NCBI RefSeq assembly: GCF_000181795.1
Contig: NW_003526940.1
Location: forward strand, 2,659,844 to 2,701,268
DNA length: 41,425 bases
Origin: Trichinella spiralis
Lineage: Eukaryota
Reading direction: 5' to 3'
In this document: positions 36,025-41,425 of the stretch, one piece after another
Layout: each line of letters starts with the position of its first letter
How positions within the stretch are numbered: position 1 is the first letter of the stretch
The notes under the pieces: model-generated
Database searches by the model: none
What the model saw: the letters and a program-made list of their open reading frames with translations, nothing else
What the model was told of the DNA's origin: nothing
Made by a program: the position numbers and the translations under genes

Positions 36025-39000
36025 TACTCCCCCCGCGATGGGCGAAGTCCATCAGCATCTACTGCCGGTTCTAGTAAACGTAATTTACGTACTGATCGAT
36101 TGTACGTTCCTTTGAGTGTCTTGACCTTCACTGTTCGAACTACTCCATCGCTTCCGGGGTACCCTTCGATGACTCTTGCCATTGGCCACATGTGAGTCGG
36201 GGCTTCGTACGGGGGATCGTTATCTTCACCATGTGGTATTTCGTGTTCGTTTCGGTATTCACGTCCGATTAGAAAATGGAAGGGTGTCAGGGGGTTCGGG
36301 TCGTTAGGATCGTCTCCTACGAAAGTCAAAGGTCTGCTGTTGATACGTGCTTCTATCTCACAAAGCACTGTCCGCAACTCGTCTTCTTTCAGCCGTGTGT
36401 TCCTCAACACTTTCTTCAATGATTCCTTTACCGTTCGTACTATTCTTTCCCAATAACCACCATTCCAAGGTGCTCTCTCGGTAATATATTTCCACTTTAT
36501 TCGGTTTACAGTCAGGGCGGCTCTAATTTCAGACCACTGATTCTCACTAAACAAGTCTCGCAGTTCTTGATCTGCTTGTTTGAAGGTTTTGAAATTATCT
36601 GACTGTACAAGAACCGAGTATCCTCGTCTCGCCGCGAATCGGTGAAACGCGTTTAGAAATTGTTTCGTCGTCATGGATGTCACTAGCTCGAGGTGTATAG
36701 CACGCGTGACCATACATGTAAACAAACATATGTATGTTTTCACATGATTGTTTCTCATTTTGATATACACCGGTCCAGCAAAGTCTATACCAATGCGTTC
36801 AAAGGGTGCAGCAACTGTCACGCGGTCTATCGGAAGATCATTCATTATCGGTTCGTATGGTCTTGCAGACTGTCTTTTACAAATTCGACATTGTCTAACG
36901 ATTCTTTTCACTGAGCTTCTACCTTTCAAGACCCAAAATTGCTGGCGTAAGTCGGTCAGGGTCTGTTCCGTGCCGGCATGCAGTGATCGCTCGTGGACTC
37001 TTTTGATAAGCAGCATCACTACCGGATGTGTTGATGGTAGAAGGATGGGATGTTTCCTTTCTGCGTCCATGTCAGAATTTTGGAGGCGTCCTCCCACTCT
37101 TAGCAGTCCGTTTGCATCCAGATATGGATTGAATCTAGCTAATTTACCTTCTGGATTTTTTCCAGATTGAACGGCGGCTAGTTCCTTCTCGAAAGCCTCA
37201 CGTTGAACTGTCAGCAACCAAAAATTCTCTGCTTTGGCTAGCTCTTCTACGGTCAGTTCTGCGAACTTTCTTTCGTGTCGGGGTAGCTGTAGATTTCTAA
37301 AGAAACGAAAACAAAACGCAGTGACTCTTACCAGTTTTTCGAAGTTGCTGAAACGTGACGGTTCCAATCGATCGTTCTTCTCAATCACAGAAACGGCCAA
37401 TGTCGTGATCTTGTTTCTGGCTTCAGCGCTTGACGTGATCTTAGATTGATCTACTCTTACGGATTTCTTTGGCCAGTTATCTACCGGCAAAGATAACCAT
37501 GGGGGACCTTCCCACCAAAGTTGACTTTCTTCTAACCTCTTTAACGAACATCCTCTGCTTAGCATGTCTGCAGGGTTTTCGCCGGTTGGGCAATAACGCC
37601 ACACACTGGCTTCTGTTAGCTGTTGAATCGATTCAACACGGTTTCTTACACAGGTCTTCCATTTGACAGCAGGGCTTTTTATCCACGAAAGCGTTACTTC
37701 ACTTTCGGACCAGCAAACTATCTCGTCGATCTCAATTGACAATTGTTTTCCTACATACGTCACTAGTCTAGCAGAAACTAAAGCTGCCAACTCATCATCA
37801 CACGATAGTAGGATATCATTTCTTTCAGCTGGTGATTCTGTTTCAGGTTGATCCATGATTCCAATCGACTTTAATTCCCCAAATCTGTGATGCTTTTCGC
37901 AATCGCATCGTGGTCGCACATCTATACGCATCACTTTAACAGTGTCGGTATAGTTCGTTCTCGAATCTTGACCACAAAGGATCCATCCAAGTGTGGATCG
38001 CAGAGCTACTAGCCATTCGTCAACGACACATCTTCTATCATCTTCTATGAAATGGTAGTAATAATCGATTCCGATGAGAACGTCAACATCGCAACGACCA
38101 CGTGGGAAATCGTCGGCTAAGTTCAAGTCTTTCGCATGTTCCCACATTGCTGGTGGATTTTCTTCCAATGCGTCACAAATCCGATTGACACAGTAGGCGT
38201 TGATCTGTTTGGCCTGACTATTAGGAGTAATACCTTTTAGCGAAAAGGAGACTCTTCGTAGCTTCTTGTGGCAGGTTTTGTTTCCCAGTGTGGATATGCA
38301 CACCCGTTCACTCAATCCAGTCAGTCCTAGGCTGTCGGCAATTCCCTTTGTCACGAACGAGCGTTGTGATCCTGTGTCGAACAAACACATAACTTTCGTA
38401 TAGTTACCGTTCGGTGTGTATAAGTACGCTTTAGCTGTTTGCAAATACGTCCTATCTCGGGTGTCTCTTGTTCTATTGGCACACACCCTAACAGCATTTG
38501 TTGGTTCACTCACATCGGTCGGTGTTGTTTCTGGGCTCTTCTCACTACGCTCATCTCCATGTGGGGTGCAGTTTTCCTCAGCTGCCCTCACGTTTCTATC
38601 TTCTGAAAGTAGTCGGTGTAAGCCGACCGAAGTCACATTCCTCGAATTGCGACTGCGTTTGCAATCAGTCGATCGATGTCCTTGTCGCAGGCAGCGAAAA
38701 CATAACCCATATTTTTTCGCTAATGTCCAACGTTCCGGTCTCGTAGCCTTTAAAAACAAGGGACATCCTTCTACATGGTGATTCTCTCGGCAAATGGAGC
38801 AAAGGTTTCCCGGCGATACACTCGTGGAAAGGACCTTGTTGGAGTGTCGGTGCTCTTTCTTCTTTATCTCGACTCCATCTCGTCTCCCGTACTTGTGGTT
38901 GTCCTGATGTACTCGTGCTTCGATTTCTGCATGTTTGTGCAAGAATACAAAGAACGTCTCTACTTCGTTTGGATCATCCTCAGACTCCAGAATTTTATCT

Positions 39001-39782
39001 TCCCACAAGCTTAGTATCTTCTTAGGAAGGAGCCGTTTGCAGAGTGTCAGAATGATATCTGACGCAAACTGGTTCCCTAACGTATCTCTGTTCAATGCTC
39101 TCAGAGATCTCACGTGAGTCACCAGCTCATCGTGCAATTCACGCAATGTCCTATCTCTGTTTGGTCTAAGATCCGCTATGGCTTGGATGTGATGCTCGAT
39201 TACTCGTTTCGGGTTTCCGAATCGAGATACGAGTGCTTGCCTGGCAATTGGGTAATTGTCCTGCGTGACCGCGTACCCATCTATTGTTTTCAACCCTTCA
39301 CCTTCCAATAAGGATCTCAGGTATATAAACTTCGTCACATCCGCAAGCTCGGCGTTATCATGAATTCCTGCATTGAACTGTTCCCAAAATGATGGGAAGT
39401 CAAGGACCTTGCCTGTAAACTTCGGAATACTCCAAGTCGGAAGTTTGGCCGATGCTGAATTCAGGCTCGACTTCTTGGAGTCTACAAGTTCGGTATTCGT
39501 CTCCAAATACCTCTCCGCTCTGCCACGGGCTGAGCGTATTTCCCTTTCGAAATCCATCCACCTTTGAGTTTCCTTCTCTATTTCATCGTCATCAGTAATG
39601 ACGGCTTCCACCGCATCCTGCGCTTCTTGACAACGTTCTAAGAGTTTAGAAATTGAATCTAAGGTCATCTTGACGTCTATCCGTGATTCCGGTTGACGTA
39701 TCAACGCGTCGAGGTCTTGACAAAGGCGATTCATTCGACCTTTCAAGCAGTTACGGCGACGGTTCAACTTAGCATAATCCAT
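36003..39782 (-). CDS. Pao polyprotein Gag-protease-(no RT)-partial RNase H-integrase, single open frame
   Basis: First ATG at 39782. Motifs IPKFTG, LFDTGSQRS, NPADMLSRG, GIDFAGP, QSDN and GGYWER are present. There is no YLPHH or YxDD motif. The stop lies inside the 3' LTR. Confidence 0.85.
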   Translation of the reverse strand: MDYAKLNRRRNCLKGRMNRLCQDLDALIRQPESRIDVKMTLDSISKLLERCQEAQDAVEAVITDDDEIEKETQRWMDFEREIRSARGRAERYLETNTELVDSKKSSLNSASAKLPTWSIPKFTGKVLDFPSFWEQFNAGIHDNAELADVTKFIYLRSLLEGEGLKTIDGYAVTQDNYPIARQALVSRFGNPKRVIEHHIQAIADLRPNRDRTLRELHDELVTHVRSLRALNRDTLGNQFASDIILTLCKRLLPKKILSLWEDKILESEDDPNEVETFFVFLHKHAEIEARVHQDNHKYGRRDGVEIKKKEHRHSNKVLSTSVSPGNLCSICRENHHVEGCPLFLKATRPERWTLAKKYGLCFRCLRQGHRSTDCKRSRNSRNVTSVGLHRLLSEDRNVRAAEENCTPHGDERSEKSPETTPTDVSEPTNAVRVCANRTRDTRDRTYLQTAKAYLYTPNGNYTKVMCLFDTGSQRSFVTKGIADSLGLTGLSERVCISTLGNKTCHKKLRRVSFSLKGITPNSQAKQINAYCVNRICDALEENPPAMWEHAKDLNLADDFPRGRCDVDVLIGIDYYYHFIEDDRRCVVDEWLVALRSTLGWILCGQDSRTNYTDTVKVMRIDVRPRCDCEKHHRFGELKSIGIMDQPETESPAERNDILLSCDDELAALVSARLVTYVGKQLSIEIDEIVCWSESEVTLSWIKSPAVKWKTCVRNRVESIQQLTEASVWRYCPTGENPADMLSRGCSLKRLEESQLWWEGPPWLSLPVDNWPKKSVRVDQSKITSSAEARNKITTLAVSVIEKNDRLEPSRFSNFEKLVRVTAFCFRFFRNLQLPRHERKFAELTVEELAKAENFWLLTVQREAFEKELAAVQSGKNPEGKLARFNPYLDANGLLRVGGRLQNSDMDAERKHPILLPSTHPVVMLLIKRVHERSLHAGTEQTLTDLRQQFWVLKGRSSVKRIVRQCRICKRQSARPYEPIMNDLPIDRVTVAAPFERIGIDFAGPVYIKMRNNHVKTYICLFTCMVTRAIHLELVTSMTTKQFLNAFHRFAARRGYSVLVQSDNFKTFKQADQELRDLFSENQWSEIRAALTVNRIKWKYITERAPWNGGYWERIVRTVKESLKKVLRNTRLKEDELRTVLCEIEARINSRPLTFVGDDPNDPNPLTPFHFLIGREYRNEHEIPHGEDNDPPYEAPTHMWPMARVIEGYPGSDGVVRTVKVKTLKGTYNRSVRKLRLLEPAVDADGLRPSRGEYVTDSKK

Positions 39783-39819
39783 AGCTGCTCTCACACTATC
39801 CGGCTCGGAGGACCAGAAA

Positions 39820-40212
39820 TGTTGCCGACTTTTCTGTCGTCGGCAGCTCGACGCTCAGGTTAATAATGGACTGTATTTGATTCGGCGGGAATTCAATTCT
39901 CCCAGCGACGTAATAAACTTATTACGTCGATCTACACGAACTCTCAATTAGTTCGTTCTGGTAGCCTAGATAAGCTCCGCTTAACCAGTTCACAGAGAAC
40001 CATTCGTCGAACGCGTCAATTCAATACAAGGGTTAAAGTGAATCCTTTACTCTTGTAGTCGCAAATACAATACAAAAAAACGACACGCTCGTCTCAAAAA
40101 TGGCAAATCTAGCACTACTCGATCACACGTTGTTTTCCACGATTACAACGACAATACTACTACCGTACACTTTCGATGGTCAGGTATTAATCATTTCTTA
40201 CTGTCTGTAACA
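39820..40212 (-). repeat. 5' LTR of Pao element 2
   Basis: Direct repeat of 35632-36024. Confidence 0.95.
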
Positions 40213-40551
40213 ACACTCTATGAATATTGCTGAAAACTTTGAATATCTGACGAAATGATTTTTAATACCAAATGATAATATGAATTAAAGCAGTAGGCTG
40301 ATAAACTAAATGGTTAATGAGAATAAGTAAAAATACCATTATTGTGCTACAGTAATTTCTACAAACACTGTGGAGGCTTCTAATGAAAAAATATTTTTTC
40401 CTGTAAATATATATGGAAGGAAAACAAATTTTCATACAAAACTGCAGATTTCTGGAGGAACCACATGCATACCGGTGATTCAAGCGCGTTGTTCGCGCAT
40501 TATTCATCGATTTCGTGAAGAACAGCTACTCAAAGTATCTATGTTAAAGTT

Positions 40552-41425
40552 GGGGTAGACCCTATTTCCCCGCTGACTCCGCCTACTTTTTCGCAGTAAA
40601 ATTTCATTGGTTGCTGCTCTGACGCGTGCCTGTTAATTTCATTTGTTGTCACTCCTTTGCATTTTATTTGTCAAATATTATTTCATTTCATTTGTCAAAT
40701 TTTATTTCATTCCATTTGTTAAATTTTTCATTTGATTTGTCAATTTATATTTCATTCTATTTGTCAAATTTTATTTCTAACCTTTTGACTGTTTTATAAC
40801 AATTCTGTTGTTCTCAAATTCAGGAAAGTAAGAGAATGAAATTACTATGAAAAAATAAGGAAAACAATACAATACAATACAATACAGACTGGAGCAAAAT
40901 GGCGGTTTTTATATCGTATTAATGTAAATAACACCTATGGAAGAATTTGGCGGTATTTTTGTTTCCATATTCATTCCATAAATTAGATAAATTTAAAACA
41001 GTGAAACCTTGAATTAGAAAACTTACCATTGAAAGAAAACGAATATTTAACAAATGGAACTTCTTAGAGTGACAACCATTCATTTAAATGTAGAAAAGCA
41101 GGCGAAGTTCCCTTTGAGAAAACAGTTCTACTCATTATTAAAATTATAAGAAAAACCTTGAATACAATATAAACTGAAAGCATAAAAATTCGGTAAGATA
41201 AAAGATAATGCGACCATTAAAGTGGTTTATTGTATTATATTTGCACTGCATTGCACTGTATCTGTATTGTATTGTATTGTTTTTTTTATTTTTTTATAGT
41301 AATTTTATTCTCTTACTTTCCTCAATCTGAGAAGAACAGAATTGTTATAAAACAGTCAAAAGGTTAGAAATAAAATTTTACAAATAGAATGAAATGAAAT
41401 TTGACAAATAAAATGAAATAATATT
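40552..41425. mobile_element. Foldback/MULE-like non-autonomous element with long TIRs, cut by the window end
   Basis: About 40675-40888 is the inverted repeat of about 41260-41425. The arms contain tandem ATTTGTCAAATTTT-like units and (CAATA)n. The element starts GGGGTAGACCC. Confidence 0.8.

Larger units (their letters stand above)
35632..40212 (-). mobile_element. BEL/Pao LTR retrotransposon (element 2), internally deleted, RT-less
   Basis: 393-bp LTRs at 35632-36024 and 39820-40212 with 1 mismatch seen. 5-bp TSD ACACT. tRNA-Tyr-like PBS TGGTCCTCCGAGCCGGAT at 39815-39798. PPT GGGGGGAGTA. Confidence 0.97.

Noticed and set aside
29771..39567. Many overlapping or antisense ORFs within the Pao elements
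   Set aside because: They are shadow frames of GC-richer coding sequence with no recognisable motifs.
40640..40780. CRISPR-like array
   Set aside because: These are degenerate AT-rich tandem units without unique spacers, inside a eukaryotic TIR.

Overview
This is AT-rich eukaryotic genomic DNA with short GT-AG introns and five N gaps. It is most likely a Trichinella-type (clade I) nematode, inferred from the tandem His-less DNase II paralogs. The only intact host genes are two minus-strand, 6-exon secreted DNase II (plancitoxin-like) paralogs (16371-18616, 22823-25028). Both lack the catalytic His residues and share a 136-bp near-identical tract across intron 2. The rest is a nested transposon field: three MULE (FLYWCH+DDE) transposase remnants, a MULE MITE with a 9-bp TSD, a foldback element, Tigger and piggyBac remnants, a hAT MITE with an 8-bp TSD, two solo LTRs and three BEL/Pao retrotransposons. 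One Pao is young and full-length with two lesions. One is very young, lacks RT and keeps a single open Gag-PR-IN frame. One is decayed. A spliced, divergent CPEB-like RRM1 gene fragment (13726-14495), not visible as such in the ORF track, sits just inside a MULE-like terminus and is fused to a Pao gag piece, which suggests Pack-MULE-like capture. All calls are by eye from the sequence; no database searches were run.
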